A stretch of DNA of 64,000 nucleotides from Vicinamibacteria bacterium (GTDB lineage Bacteria > Acidobacteriota > Vicinamibacteria > Marinacidobacterales > Marinacidobacteraceae). Made by a program: the position numbers and the translations under genes. The stretch spans positions 224,001-288,000 of the forward strand of contig OZ219815.1 in the NCBI GenBank assembly GCA_964291235.2, read 5' to 3'. Of this stretch, positions 9,573 to 18,914 are shown piece by piece (within the stretch, counting starts at the first letter, position 1; every line of letters starts with the position of its first letter). Under the pieces are notes generated by a model. That model did no database searches and was not told where the DNA came from. It saw only the letters and a list, made by a program, of their open reading frames with translations.

Positions 9573-10906
9573 GCGGCGAAGCTCCGGCTCTCGCGGACGC
9601 GCTGGAGCCCGGCCGCCGCCAGGGCGCGGACCGCCTCCACCGGCACCTTTTCGACGACCTCGCCGGCGAAACCCCGGACGAGAATCTCGTGCGAATCCAT
9701 GCGGCCCAGCCCGCGGGAGCGCAGGTAGAAGAGGGCGTCCTCGTCCAGCCGGCCGATGGCCGCCCCGTGGGCGCACTTCACGTCGTCGGCGTTGATCTCG
9801 AGCCGGGGACGGGTGTGGACCGCCGCCTTCCGCGAGAGCAGCAGGTTGCGGTTCGCCTGGGTCGCGTCGGTTCCGATCGCCCCGGGCGCCACCACCACCT
9901 TGCCGTCGAACACGGCGCTCGACTCGTCGGCGAGCACGTTCTTGAAGAGCTGACGGCTCGTGGTGTGCCGGGCGGCGTGGATGGCGAGGGTGTGCTGGTC
10001 GGCCTTGGCGGCGTTCACGCCGAGGAAGAGGCCGTCGAGATCCACCTCGGCGCCCTCCGCGGTGAGCACGGCGGTGGTGTCGGTGCGCGACCGGCCGCTG
10101 GTGAGCGACAGCACCGTGGAGTGGACCCGCGCATTTCGCCCGAGCTGGAAGGTGACGCGGCCGGTATGGGCGACGTTTCCGGTTTCCAGCTCCACGCGGA
10201 CGTAGCGGAGGTCGGCGCCCTCACCGAGCCGGCAGAGGGTGCTCGGGTTCGTCCAGCCCGCCGTCTCGGACGCGCCGTCATGGGCTTCGATGACGGTCAG
10301 CCGGCTACCCGGCCCGAGTTCGATGACGGAGCGCGGGTGGAGCATGTGCGGGTGGCCGCTTTCGCGCCGGAGCGAATAGAGGAGGATGGGCCCGGCGTCC
10401 TCGTCGCGGCCGACCCGAACCCGGAATCCGCAGTCGAAGAGGCCCGCGTTCAGGATCTCGAGAGGATGACGGAGCGGCGCGTCGAGGTCCGCCGCGGTTG
10501 TGTTCGGGACGGCCCCGGGAACCACGAAACCCCAATCGCCCTCTTCGTCGTCGGACGGCACGATGGGCAGGTTGCCGAACGCGACGCCGTTCGTGTTCCG
10601 GAAGTCGCCGGCATTCAACGGGACTCCCTCCGACAGCAGGACCCGGTGCTCGAAGCCCGAAGTCCAGGCCGGCAGATCATCGGCCCCGGCCCGTGGCATA
10701 CCGACCAGGTCGGAACGCCGCCGATACGCGGTGCGCTCCAGTCCGCCGAGGTCCGAGAACCGCCAGTCTTCCTGGGTCGCGGTCGGGAAACCACCGGACC
10801 GGAAGAACTCCTGAACGGCTTCCCGCCGCCGGATGGCGTAGCGGTCACCCTCCCGGAGCGGGATCTCGTCGTGGTAGTGCGCCTCGACGGCGGCCGGTTC
10901 GATCAT
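9569..10906 (-). CDS. sufD: Fe-S cluster assembly protein SufD
   Basis: EDWRF, PRLEINADDVKCAHGA, LFYLRSRG; operon context. Confidence 0.95.
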   Translation of the reverse strand: MIEPAAVEAHYHDEIPLREGDRYAIRRREAVQEFFRSGGFPTATQEDWRFSDLGGLERTAYRRRSDLVGMPRAGADDLPAWTSGFEHRVLLSEGVPLNAGDFRNTNGVAFGNLPIVPSDDEEGDWGFVVPGAVPNTTAADLDAPLRHPLEILNAGLFDCGFRVRVGRDEDAGPILLYSLRRESGHPHMLHPRSVIELGPGSRLTVIEAHDGASETAGWTNPSTLCRLGEGADLRYVRVELETGNVAHTGRVTFQLGRNARVHSTVLSLTSGRSRTDTTAVLTAEGAEVDLDGLFLGVNAAKADQHTLAIHAARHTTSRQLFKNVLADESSAVFDGKVVVAPGAIGTDATQANRNLLLSRKAAVHTRPRLEINADDVKCAHGAAIGRLDEDALFYLRSRGLGRMDSHEILVRGFAGEVVEKVPVEAVRALAAAGLQRVRESRSFAA

Positions 10907-10910
10907 GCCC

Positions 10911-11672
10911 TCAGGCGGCGGAAGCCGCCGCCGGCTTCGTGTAGCCCTCGGCCTCGAGCCGGAGCGCCAGCTCCCGCCCGCCGGACTCGACGATCCGACC
11001 CTCCTGGAGCACGTGCACCCGGTCCGGCACGATGTGGTTCAGGAGACGCTGGTAGTGGGTGATCACCAGGAAGGACCGCTCCGGCGAACGCATGCGGTTC
11101 ACGCCCTCGGCGACGATCCGGAGGGCGTCGATGTCGAGGCCGGAGTCGGTCTCGTCGAGGACGCCGAGCGTCGGCTCGAGCACGGTCATCTGGAGGATCT
11201 CGTTGCGCTTTTTCTCGCCCCCCGAGAAGCCCTCGTTGACCGGCCGCTTGATGAGATCCACATCGAAATCGAGCAGCTTGACCCGGTCCTTCATCAGACC
11301 CAGGAAATCCACCGCGTCGAGTTCCGGCTGGCCGCGGTGCTTTCTGATCTCGTTCACGGCCGCCTTCAGGAAGTAGGTGTTGTTCACCCCGGGGATCTCG
11401 ACCGGGTACTGGAAGGCGAGGAAGATGCCCTTCCGGGCTCGATCCTCGGGCTCCATCTCGGAGATGTCCTCGCCGCGGTAGCGAAGGACTCCACCAGTGA
11501 TCTGGTACCCCTCGCGGCCGGCGATCACGTGGGCGAGGGTGCTCTTCCCGGAACCGTTCGGACCCATCACCGCGTGGGTCTCGCCCACCGGGATCTCCAG
11601 ATTGAGGCCGCGCAGGATTTGGCGGCCCTCGACCTCGACGCGGAGGTCGCAGATTTCGAGCAGGTTCGTCAT
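10911..11672 (-). CDS. sufC: Fe-S cluster assembly ATPase SufC
   Basis: [28 protein letters not shown]. Confidence 0.97.
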   Translation of the reverse strand: MTNLLEICDLRVEVEGRQILRGLNLEIPVGETHAVMGPNGSGKSTLAHVIAGREGYQITGGVLRYRGEDISEMEPEDRARKGIFLAFQYPVEIPGVNNTYFLKAAVNEIRKHRGQPELDAVDFLGLMKDRVKLLDFDVDLIKRPVNEGFSGGEKKRNEILQMTVLEPTLGVLDETDSGLDIDALRIVAEGVNRMRSPERSFLVITHYQRLLNHIVPDRVHVLQEGRIVESGGRELALRLEAEGYTKPAAASAA

Positions 11673-13135
11673 CCCACGGCTCCTTCGAGGCTCACGCCAA
11701 GCAGTTTCTGAGCTTCCACCGCGAACTCCATGGGGAGTTCCGAGAGCACGTCGCGGGCGAACCCGTTGACGATCAACGACACCGCTTCCTCCGGGTCAAT
11801 GCCGCGCTGGCGGCAGTAAAAGAGCTGGTCCTCGCCGATGCGCGAGGTGGATGCCTCGTGTTCGAGCTGCGCCTCGGGGTTCGCGACGTCAATGTAGGGG
11901 ACGGTGTGCGCTCCCGAGTCGGGCCCGATGAGCAGTGAATCGCACTGCGAGAAGTTCCGCGCGTTCCACGCCCCGGGGAGCACCTTCACCTGCCCGCGGT
12001 AGGTGTTTTGCCCGTGGCCGGCGGAGATGCCCTTGGAGATGATGGTGCTCTTGGTGTTCTTGCCGATGTGGATCATCTTGGTCCCGGTATCGGCCTGCTG
12101 GCGGTTCGCAGTGAGCGCCACCGAGTAGAACTCGCCGATCGAGTCGTCTCCGAGCAGGATGCAGCTCGGGTACTTCCAGGTGATGGCGGAGCCGGTTTCG
12201 ACCTGGGTCCAGGAGATGTGGGAACGTGCGCCCGCGCATTTCCCGCGCTTGGTGACGAAGTTGTAGATGCCGCCCACCCCGTTCTTGTCGCCGGGGTACC
12301 AGTTCTGGACCGTCGAGTACTTGATGCGGGCGTCGTCGAGGGCGACCAGTTCGACAACCGCGGCGTGGAGCTGGTTCTCGTCGCGCATCGGGGCGGTGCA
12401 GCCCTCGAGATAGCTGACGTAGCTCCCTTCCTCGGCGACGATCAGCGTGCGTTCGAACTGGCCGGTCTCGGACGCGTTGATCCGGAAGTAGGTGGAAAGC
12501 TCCATCGGGCAGCGGACGCCCTTCGGCACGTAAACGAAGGAGCCGTCCGAGAAGACCGCCGAGTTGAGGCTCGCGAAGAAGTTGTCGGTATGCGGCACCA
12601 CCGTGCCCAGGTACTTGCGGACCAGTTCGGGGTGTTCCTTCACCGCGTCCGAAAAACTGCAGAAGATGACGCCGAGTTCGCCGAGCTTCTCCTTGAAGGT
12701 GGTCGCCACCGAGACGCTGTCGAACACCGCGTCCACGGCGATCCCCGCGAGGCGCTGCTGCTCGACGAGCGGGATGCCGAGCTTCTCGTAGGTCCGGCGA
12801 AGTTCGGGATCGATGTCGTCGAGACTCTGCGGCCCGTCCTTGACCGCGCTCTTGGGCGCCGCGTAGTAGCTGATCTCGTTGTAGTTGATCTTCGGGTAGC
12901 TGACCTTGGCCCAGTCGGGCTCGGTCATCCCCTGCCAGATCTCGTACGCCTTGAGGCGCCAGTCGAGGAGCCACTGGGGCTCTTCCTTCTTCTCCGAGAT
13001 CAACCGGATCACGTCCTCGGAGAGTCCCGGGGGAACGCGCTCGGTCTCGATGTCGGTGACGAAGCCGTAGGCGTACTCGCGTTCGACGAGCTGTTCGACT
13101 TCGGCGGCGCCGAGGGTTCGTTGCTGTTCAGGCAT
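11669..13135 (-). CDS. sufB: Fe-S cluster assembly protein SufB
   Basis: [23 protein letters not shown]. Confidence 0.97.
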   Translation of the reverse strand: MPEQQRTLGAAEVEQLVEREYAYGFVTDIETERVPPGLSEDVIRLISEKKEEPQWLLDWRLKAYEIWQGMTEPDWAKVSYPKINYNEISYYAAPKSAVKDGPQSLDDIDPELRRTYEKLGIPLVEQQRLAGIAVDAVFDSVSVATTFKEKLGELGVIFCSFSDAVKEHPELVRKYLGTVVPHTDNFFASLNSAVFSDGSFVYVPKGVRCPMELSTYFRINASETGQFERTLIVAEEGSYVSYLEGCTAPMRDENQLHAAVVELVALDDARIKYSTVQNWYPGDKNGVGGIYNFVTKRGKCAGARSHISWTQVETGSAITWKYPSCILLGDDSIGEFYSVALTANRQQADTGTKMIHIGKNTKSTIISKGISAGHGQNTYRGQVKVLPGAWNARNFSQCDSLLIGPDSGAHTVPYIDVANPEAQLEHEASTSRIGEDQLFYCRQRGIDPEEAVSLIVNGFARDVLSELPMEFAVEAQKLLGVSLEGAVG

Positions 13136-13139
13136 GAGG

Positions 13140-13595
13140 CTACTGGAGTACCGGGAGTTCGGGACCGCTCGCGCGCGGCCCGGAAAGATCGCTGTCGGCG
13201 ACGATCTGGGCGAGGGTCAAGTCCGTCAGGGTGGCGAGCACCCGCTCGTGGACCCGGGTGAGCGGGGTGCGCACCGAGCAGGTCGAGGTGAGGTTGCAGT
13301 TGCCGTCCTCGAGCATGCACTCAACGAGGGCGAGCGGCCCCTCCACCGACTCGATCACGTCGGTGATGCGGATGTCCTCGGGCGCTCGGGCAAGGCGGTA
13401 GCCGCCCCGGATCCCCTGCCGGGTTTCCACGATCCCGCTCTTCTTGAGCCCCTGGAGCACCTTGGCGGCGAGCTCGGGAGGCAGGTTGTGGCTTTCGGCG
13501 ACCCGCCGGGCGCTCACTGTCTCCCCCGCCGGCAGGAGGGCGAGATCGGCCAGCGCCATCAGGGCGTAGTCGGTGCTCTTGGAGAGTCGGATCAT
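13140..13595 (-). CDS. Rrf2 family transcriptional regulator (IscR/SufR-like, three Cys)
   Basis: [19 protein letters not shown]-x6-C-x5-C; first gene of the suf operon. Confidence 0.92.
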   Translation of the reverse strand: MIRLSKSTDYALMALADLALLPAGETVSARRVAESHNLPPELAAKVLQGLKKSGIVETRQGIRGGYRLARAPEDIRITDVIESVEGPLALVECMLEDGNCNLTSTCSVRTPLTRVHERVLATLTDLTLAQIVADSDLSGPRASGPELPVLQ

Positions 13596-13704
13596 GAGGA
13601 AGCCTGGGTGCCGGATCCGCGAGCACCTAACCCGAACGTCATCTCGAGGGCCGCACCGTGCGGCGGCCGGGGAAGATCAATCCGTAAGGTCAGAGTGCCA
13701 ATCT

Positions 13705-13736
13705 AAATCCGACTAATTAGGTCGCACATTCTAGCA
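13705..13736 (-). promoter_or_regulatory. IscR-type operator next to an extended -10 promoter of the suf operon
   Basis: AAATCCGACTAATTAGGTCGCACAT resembles the IscR type-1 box; minus strand TGcTAGAAT immediately upstream. Confidence 0.65.
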
Positions 13737-13808
13737 CGAGGCCGCCCCCGCTGGAAGGGGTGAAAAGCGGTGGTGGAGAACCGGCGGGCCGAGGCGAGAA
13801 GGAGGCCG

Positions 13809-13880
13809 GGGACCGCCGACCTCCAGGTCGGCACCGCGGCCCCCCGGGCCGCGAAGGTCGCGCACCTCCAGGCGGGCCGG
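13809..13880. repeat. REP-like palindrome
   Basis: GGGACCGCCGACCTCCAGGTCGGCAC plus a degenerate second copy. Confidence 0.75.
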
Positions 13881-13890
13881 CGGCGTCCAG

Positions 13891-14796
13891 CTACCGGGTC
13901 CGGCAGCGGCCGCGATCGTCGCAGTGCAGCTCGACCTGAGGGCAACCGGGAATCGCCGCGCGGAGCCGGAGCTCGTCGAACCAGCCGAGCGAGAGGGTCT
14001 GCTCGAATCCGTCGCCGCGCGCCTCGAGATCGAGACCGAACGCGAACATGACGGGGACCAGGTTGTAGGCGTCGCCGAAATCACGGTACGGCAGAGGCTG
14101 GTAGGCCGACACGAGACGCAGTTCCGCACCGCGCCCCGAAGACCTGAAGACCAGGTCCGCCGACCGGAAGTCGCGGCCGAGTTCTCCGAACCAGTTCTCG
14201 CCAACCGCGCCGCCGTCGCCCCGACGAACGGCCCCTGACCGGGTGAGCGAGAGCCCGTTGCAGTCGGCCGGTTCCGCGCCGGGGTCCGCCAGCCGGACCC
14301 GGATCGGTTCCGCTTCCAGCCGGAAGGAGAGCCCGAAGCGTTCGGGGAAACCCGTGGGCGGTGGTTCGAGCCGGATCGTGTACGTCGCCTCGAAATCCGC
14401 GGGTCCCTCCGGCTCGAGCGCGCGGATCGTCAACAGCGCGGGCTCGTGCCAGCCCTGGGCCGCGACGTCCCCTGGCACGGCAAGAACGCTCGCCGGCGCG
14501 TCGGTGACGACGCGGACCGGAATGCCGGTCCAGCCGGTGCGCCGCTCGTAGTCGCTCAGGTCGCCATCGGCCATCACGGGAACGAGGAACTCGGCTCCCG
14601 GATGGAGGATGAGAACCCCGCCCGGCGCGGGCAGCACCCCGCCGAATCCGATCGGAATCGCGTCGGGCCCGGGCGCCGGCGCGGGTGGGGGCACGGGCGC
14701 CGGCGGGGGGAGGGGGGCGGGCGTGACCGGCGCATCGTCCCCGCACCCGGCAAGCGCGAAGAACGCGAGGAGGAGCCCGGCGCGGAATCGGATCAC
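13891..14796 (-). CDS. hypothetical lipoprotein with Pro-rich linker
   Basis: Lipobox LAGC, PAPLPPPAPVPPP linker; overlaps the upstream protease stop. Confidence 0.75.
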   Translation of the reverse strand: MIRFRAGLLLAFFALAGCGDDAPVTPAPLPPPAPVPPPAPAPGPDAIPIGFGGVLPAPGGVLILHPGAEFLVPVMADGDLSDYERRTGWTGIPVRVVTDAPASVLAVPGDVAAQGWHEPALLTIRALEPEGPADFEATYTIRLEPPPTGFPERFGLSFRLEAEPIRVRLADPGAEPADCNGLSLTRSGAVRRGDGGAVGENWFGELGRDFRSADLVFRSSGRGAELRLVSAYQPLPYRDFGDAYNLVPVMFAFGLDLEARGDGFEQTLSLGWFDELRLRAAIPGCPQVELHCDDRGRCRTR

Positions 14797-15893
14797 GGGT
14801 CCGACCTCCGGCGGTCCTCGGCGGCGTGCACCGTGATGTCCGGCGCCCGGGTGGTTTTTCCGCGGCGAATGTCGAACCAGCGCTGTTCGTGCTGGAGCTC
14901 CAGCGAACCCGCCATCGCGGCCTCGCCGATGAACGAATGGGCGAGCAGTTGGTGCAGCGGGCGAACCCAGAAATGGCGAAGACCGGGCTCCAGACCCTCG
15001 AGGAGAAACTGGCCCCAGGAGTCGGTGAACGTGCCGGGGCCGAAGCGCGCGCCGCCAGCGGTGTACATCACGCTGCTCACGTACACGAACGGGGCCGGGT
15101 CACCGCTCGCGAACACCACCCGGCCGGTCAGCGTCCCGCGAGATTCGAGGAAACCCGCGGACGGGTAGAGAAGCGACGCCCCGATCTCGTCATCGGGTTC
15201 AAGCACTACCGTGCGGATCGTGCCGTAGGACATGCGCGGATGGGGCTGGAGACTCGTCACCCCGTCCGGGAAGTGGCCCACCGGCCGCTCCATCCCCTCC
15301 GGGCGTGCCAGCCAGGTCGGATTCATCGCGCTGTGGGCGAGCCCCAGGCAGTGCCCGACTTCGTGCATGACGGTGCGGGCGAGATGGTCCGCAACCTGCG
15401 CGAGCGCATCCGGATCTTCGGAGGACCAGTCTTCGAGATAGCCGGGGCTGAAGTGGACATCGCAGCCGGTGATCCGTCCCCGGGTGTACTGGATGTCCGC
15501 CGTCGCGAAGGGCCCACCCGCAACGCGTTCGGCGGAAGAGAAACCGATCGTGTTGATCCCGTCGCCGGCACGACCCTGGTCGTCGGCGAGCGTTCCCTCC
15601 TCCAGCACGAGTTCGAGATCGGAGGTTTCCACCTCCGCCCAGGCGCGCAGGCCGCGTTCCACGCTCTCGCGCCAGAGCGCGGTGTCCACCCCCGGAAGAT
15701 CCGGCAGATTCCCGTTTTCGAGCAGCCGGAAACGGAGCGGCAGATCCGCGGGACCCCACCGGATCGCCCCTGCCACCGAGGCGATTCTGGTCAACCCGCC
15801 GTGGCGGGCAATGAACCGGTAGCCGTCCGCCGGGGTGGTCAGCACTCCCGCCGTGACGGCGGTCAGCAGGGTCCCGGTCCAGCGGAGGCGCAT
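14793..15893 (-). CDS. matrixin-like (metzincin) metalloprotease, secreted
   Basis: HEVGHCLGLAHS zinc motif, Met-turn RMSY, signal peptide, C-terminal carboxypeptidase-regulatory-like region. Confidence 0.85.
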   Translation of the reverse strand: MRLRWTGTLLTAVTAGVLTTPADGYRFIARHGGLTRIASVAGAIRWGPADLPLRFRLLENGNLPDLPGVDTALWRESVERGLRAWAEVETSDLELVLEEGTLADDQGRAGDGINTIGFSSAERVAGGPFATADIQYTRGRITGCDVHFSPGYLEDWSSEDPDALAQVADHLARTVMHEVGHCLGLAHSAMNPTWLARPEGMERPVGHFPDGVTSLQPHPRMSYGTIRTVVLEPDDEIGASLLYPSAGFLESRGTLTGRVVFASGDPAPFVYVSSVMYTAGGARFGPGTFTDSWGQFLLEGLEPGLRHFWVRPLHQLLAHSFIGEAAMAGSLELQHEQRWFDIRRGKTTRAPDITVHAAEDRRRSDP

Positions 15894-15936
15894 GGTTCCG
15901 CAGTATCGCACTGCCCCCGCTTAGACTCCGGCGCCC

Positions 15937-16608
15937 ATGACGCCGGAGGAAGGACCGTGGAGCGCATCGGCGGACCGCGAACCCAATTGGTCCGAAGCGA
16001 CCGGACAACTGTCCCGGAACGACGCGGTGCTCGGGGCGCTGATTCAGCGGATCGGGCCCTGCACCCTCGGCCCCCGCCCCAACGTGTTCGGGACCCTGGT
16101 GGGCGCCATCGTGGCGCAGCAGATCTCGGCGGCGGCGGCGCGGACGATCCACCAGCGACTCTGGTCGCTCACCCGCGGGGAGCCGCCCACCCCGCGAGAC
16201 ATCCTGCGGCGGCGGGAGAAAACGCTCCGCCGGGTCGGGCTCTCGCGGCAGAAGGTCGCCTACCTGCGCGACCTGGCGACGCGGATCGAGAGCGGCGAGC
16301 TGGATCTGGCGGGGCTGGAATCCATGGAGGACGACGCGGTGCGCGCGGCGCTCACCGCGGTCAAGGGCATCGGCGACTGGACGGCCGACATGCACCTCAT
16401 CTTCACGCAGAACCGGCCGGATGTCTTTGCCCCGGGGGATGCGGCGGTGCTCGCCGCGATGCGGGATCTCTACGGGCTGGCAACCAATGCCGGGGCGGAG
16501 GAATTCGAGCGGATCAGCGACGGCTGGCGGCCGTTCCGCAGCATCGGCGTCTGGTACATGTACGAGCACATCCACGCCCTGCGCGCCGCCCGGGCGAAGG
16601 GGGGTTAG
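15937..16608 (+). CDS. alkA: DNA-3-methyladenine glycosylase 2 family (HhH-GPD)
   Basis: IVAQQIS, LTAVKGIGDWTA HhH, FAPGD, WRPFRS. Confidence 0.9.
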   Translation: MTPEEGPWSASADREPNWSEATGQLSRNDAVLGALIQRIGPCTLGPRPNVFGTLVGAIVAQQISAAAARTIHQRLWSLTRGEPPTPRDILRRREKTLRRVGLSRQKVAYLRDLATRIESGELDLAGLESMEDDAVRAALTAVKGIGDWTADMHLIFTQNRPDVFAPGDAAVLAAMRDLYGLATNAGAEEFERISDGWRPFRSIGVWYMYEHIHALRAARAKGG

Positions 16609-16982
16609 CCCGGATTTCTCATACTCATGGCCCAAGGTGCCGCGCGGATCACGTCAACCTGTTGATGATGTCGGGAGAAACGCGGCAGGTGCGGACCCCG
16701 ACCGCACGGACAGCGTGTAGGCACGGGAACGCCGACCTCCAGGTCGGCACAGCGGCGCGCAGCGCCGCGGGCGATTCCTCGCTGCTCGCGCTCACGGGGT
16801 CCTCTCCGAGAGAGGGAGCCATCCTGGCCAACCAGGTCCGTCCCGCCGCCCGCCTGCGGCGGGCTGTGCCGGCCTGGAGGCCGGCGTTCCCGTGCCTGTG
16901 CGACATCAAGGCTGGTGGGGTTCTCGCCGAGAGGGGAACCATCCTGCATCGATCTCTACGACGGAGGGATGAGAAATCCGGG
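16609..16982. mobile_element. MITE with 14-bp perfect TIRs containing a REP doublet (REPIN)
   Basis: CCCGGATTTCTCAT (16609-16622) and ATGAGAAATCCGGG (16969-16982); second copy at 6431-6748; no transposase encoded. Confidence 0.85.
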
Positions 16983-17107
16983 CTATTAGCAGCCGGTGGC
17001 AAAACCCCCGCGGCCCAGTTCTCCCGGTGGGGGCCTCGCTCACGCGGGTTTCAGCACAGGCTGCCAGGCGTAGGAGCCGCCCCGCGGGCGTCCTGCTTCA
17101 GCCCGAC

Positions 17108-17247
17108 TTTTCCACATTCCTGCGCTCGGCGGGAAGAAATCGGCGCGGTCTTCGTCCGGAGTCATGGAGGGACTACCCGTGGACCAACCCAAAGAACAGC
17201 CGAGGCCTACCGGGGCCGTTGCCGCGGCCGGCAAAGCGCCCTACACT
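17108..17247 (+). promoter_or_regulatory. shared leader: TTTTCCACA, ECF-like GGAAG-N16-CGTC, and internal sigma70 TTGCCG-N17-TACACT
   Basis: Same motifs and spacings at 18842-18980 and, on the minus strand, 39423-39564. Confidence 0.55.
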
Positions 17248-17964
17248 GCGGCGCGTGAGAGGAAGGATCGGTCAGTGAACGGAGCGGCAGCCGACGGGTT
17301 CCCCCAGGCGCTCGACCGCCGGCTCACCGAGGGGCTGAACCTGCTCCACGGGCGGCTTGATCTGATCCACGAGGACGTCCGCGAGAACCGGGGGGACATC
17401 AAGGGACTCCGGAAGGAGTTGTGGGACGGGCTCAAGGAGGCTGCCGCGGACCGGGCGGGACTGGCGGAGAAAGCGGAACTCGCTGCGATTACAGACTCGC
17501 AGCAGCAGCTCGTCGGGTCCGTCAACCGGTTGCTGGAGCACGCCGGGAACACGGACCGGCGATTCGAGGCCGTGGATCGCCGGCTCGCCGCTCTCGAAGA
17601 GGGACAGGAACAGCTTGTCGCGTCGGTCAACCGGTTGGTGGAGCACGCCGCAAACGCGGACCGGCGATTCGAGGTCGTGGATCGCCGGCTCGCCACTCTC
17701 GAAGAGGGGCAGCAGCAGCTGGTCGGGTCCGTCAACCGATTGCTGGAGCACGCCGCGAACACGGACCTGCGGCTCACCGCTCTTGAAGGGGGGCAGCGGG
17801 AACTCATCGCGAAGGTCAGTACCTCCCTGGAGCGGAGCGAAGGGGTTGCCTGGACCCGGCGTCAGGTTCTGGCCGGGGTGGCCGCTGGCATCACCTTGTT
17901 GGTCGTCGGCGCGCTCCTGCAGCCGCTGCTGGAACGGGTGGTCGCGGCGCTCGCCGGGGGGTAA
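17179..17964 (+). CDS. coiled-coil repeat protein with C-terminal membrane anchor (DUF1640/Bdr-like architecture)
   Basis: 35-aa repeats QQQLVGSVNRLLEHA..RRLAALEEG; hydrophobic C-terminus; paralog at 18915; alternative start GTG 17275. Confidence 0.8.
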   Translation: MDQPKEQPRPTGAVAAAGKAPYTAARERKDRSVNGAAADGFPQALDRRLTEGLNLLHGRLDLIHEDVRENRGDIKGLRKELWDGLKEAAADRAGLAEKAELAAITDSQQQLVGSVNRLLEHAGNTDRRFEAVDRRLAALEEGQEQLVASVNRLVEHAANADRRFEVVDRRLATLEEGQQQLVGSVNRLLEHAANTDLRLTALEGGQRELIAKVSTSLERSEGVAWTRRQVLAGVAAGITLLVVGALLQPLLERVVAALAGG

Positions 17965-18029
17965 CCCCCGCGCGACCGCCGCTTCGGAGCAGGCGGCTGG
18001 CGGGCGCGAACGGACTAGAGTTCATACAA

Positions 18030-18737
18030 ATGAAGAGTGACGTTCGCCACTACCGGGGCAATCAGGCTTCGGTCACGTTTGATGTGCCGCGCTGCATTCA
18101 TGCGGAGGTCTGCGTCAGGGGACAGCCGCAGGTATTCGATGTGTCGCGCCGCCCCTGGATCCTGCCGGACGCGGGAGAGCCCAAACGCCTCGAACGGGTC
18201 GTGCAGGGCTGTCCCACCGGAGCGCTCCGCATGGCGCCCCCGACCGACCAGAAGGTCGAGAAGGGCGCCGCCGCGGCCGCGACCATCCTGCCGGAGGAGC
18301 CGCGGAAGAAGAACTCGGTCTCCGTGGTCGCGGACGGGCCGTTTTACGCGCGCGGCAACCTCGAAATCGAAGCGGCGCCCAGCGCCGAGGCCGTGAGCTC
18401 CGAGATCGTGAAGGACACCCGGGTCGCCTTCTGCCGCTGCGGGCATTCGGAGAACAAGCCGCTCTGCGACCAGTCGCACGAGCGCGTCGGATTCCGCTGC
18501 GAAGCCGCGGTTCCGCCCCGTCCCGAAGCGGCGCCGCCGGTCGGCGACGAGTCGGCGCCGGTCCGCTTCACCCCTTTTCCGAACGGACCGCTGGCCTTCC
18601 GCGGCCCCCTCACCATCTCGGGACGCGGGGGCGCGAGGGTGACGCTCGACCAGGGGAAACTCTGCCGGTGCGGGCATTCGAAGAACAAGCCGTTCTGCGA
18701 CGGTTCGCATCGGGACGCGGGGTTTACGGCACCTTAG
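18030..18737 (+). CDS. divergent 4Fe-4S domain plus two CDGSH iron-sulfur domains
   Basis: RCIHAEVC..CPTGAL; CRCGHSENKPLCDQSH; CRCGHSKNKPFCDGSH. Confidence 0.92.
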   Translation: MKSDVRHYRGNQASVTFDVPRCIHAEVCVRGQPQVFDVSRRPWILPDAGEPKRLERVVQGCPTGALRMAPPTDQKVEKGAAAAATILPEEPRKKNSVSVVADGPFYARGNLEIEAAPSAEAVSSEIVKDTRVAFCRCGHSENKPLCDQSHERVGFRCEAAVPPRPEAAPPVGDESAPVRFTPFPNGPLAFRGPLTISGRGGARVTLDQGKLCRCGHSKNKPFCDGSHRDAGFTAP

Positions 18738-18914
18738 GCGCTGACGGCGGGCGGGCTCCCGCCGGGCCGAATCACGGGCGCTCCTCCGGCGGTTTCCCGT
18801 GCCGGAACGCCGCCTGCCGCACGGGCGCACTCCAATCCGACTTTTCCACATCGCTGCGCCGCGGTGGGAAGAAATCTGCGCGGTTCTCGTCTGTAGTAGT
18901 GAGGGAACCGAGTG

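Noticed and set aside
17108-17116. Replication origin from TTTTCCACA DnaA-like boxes
   Set aside because: Isolated single boxes, no AT-rich unwinding element, no dnaA/dnaN/gid context
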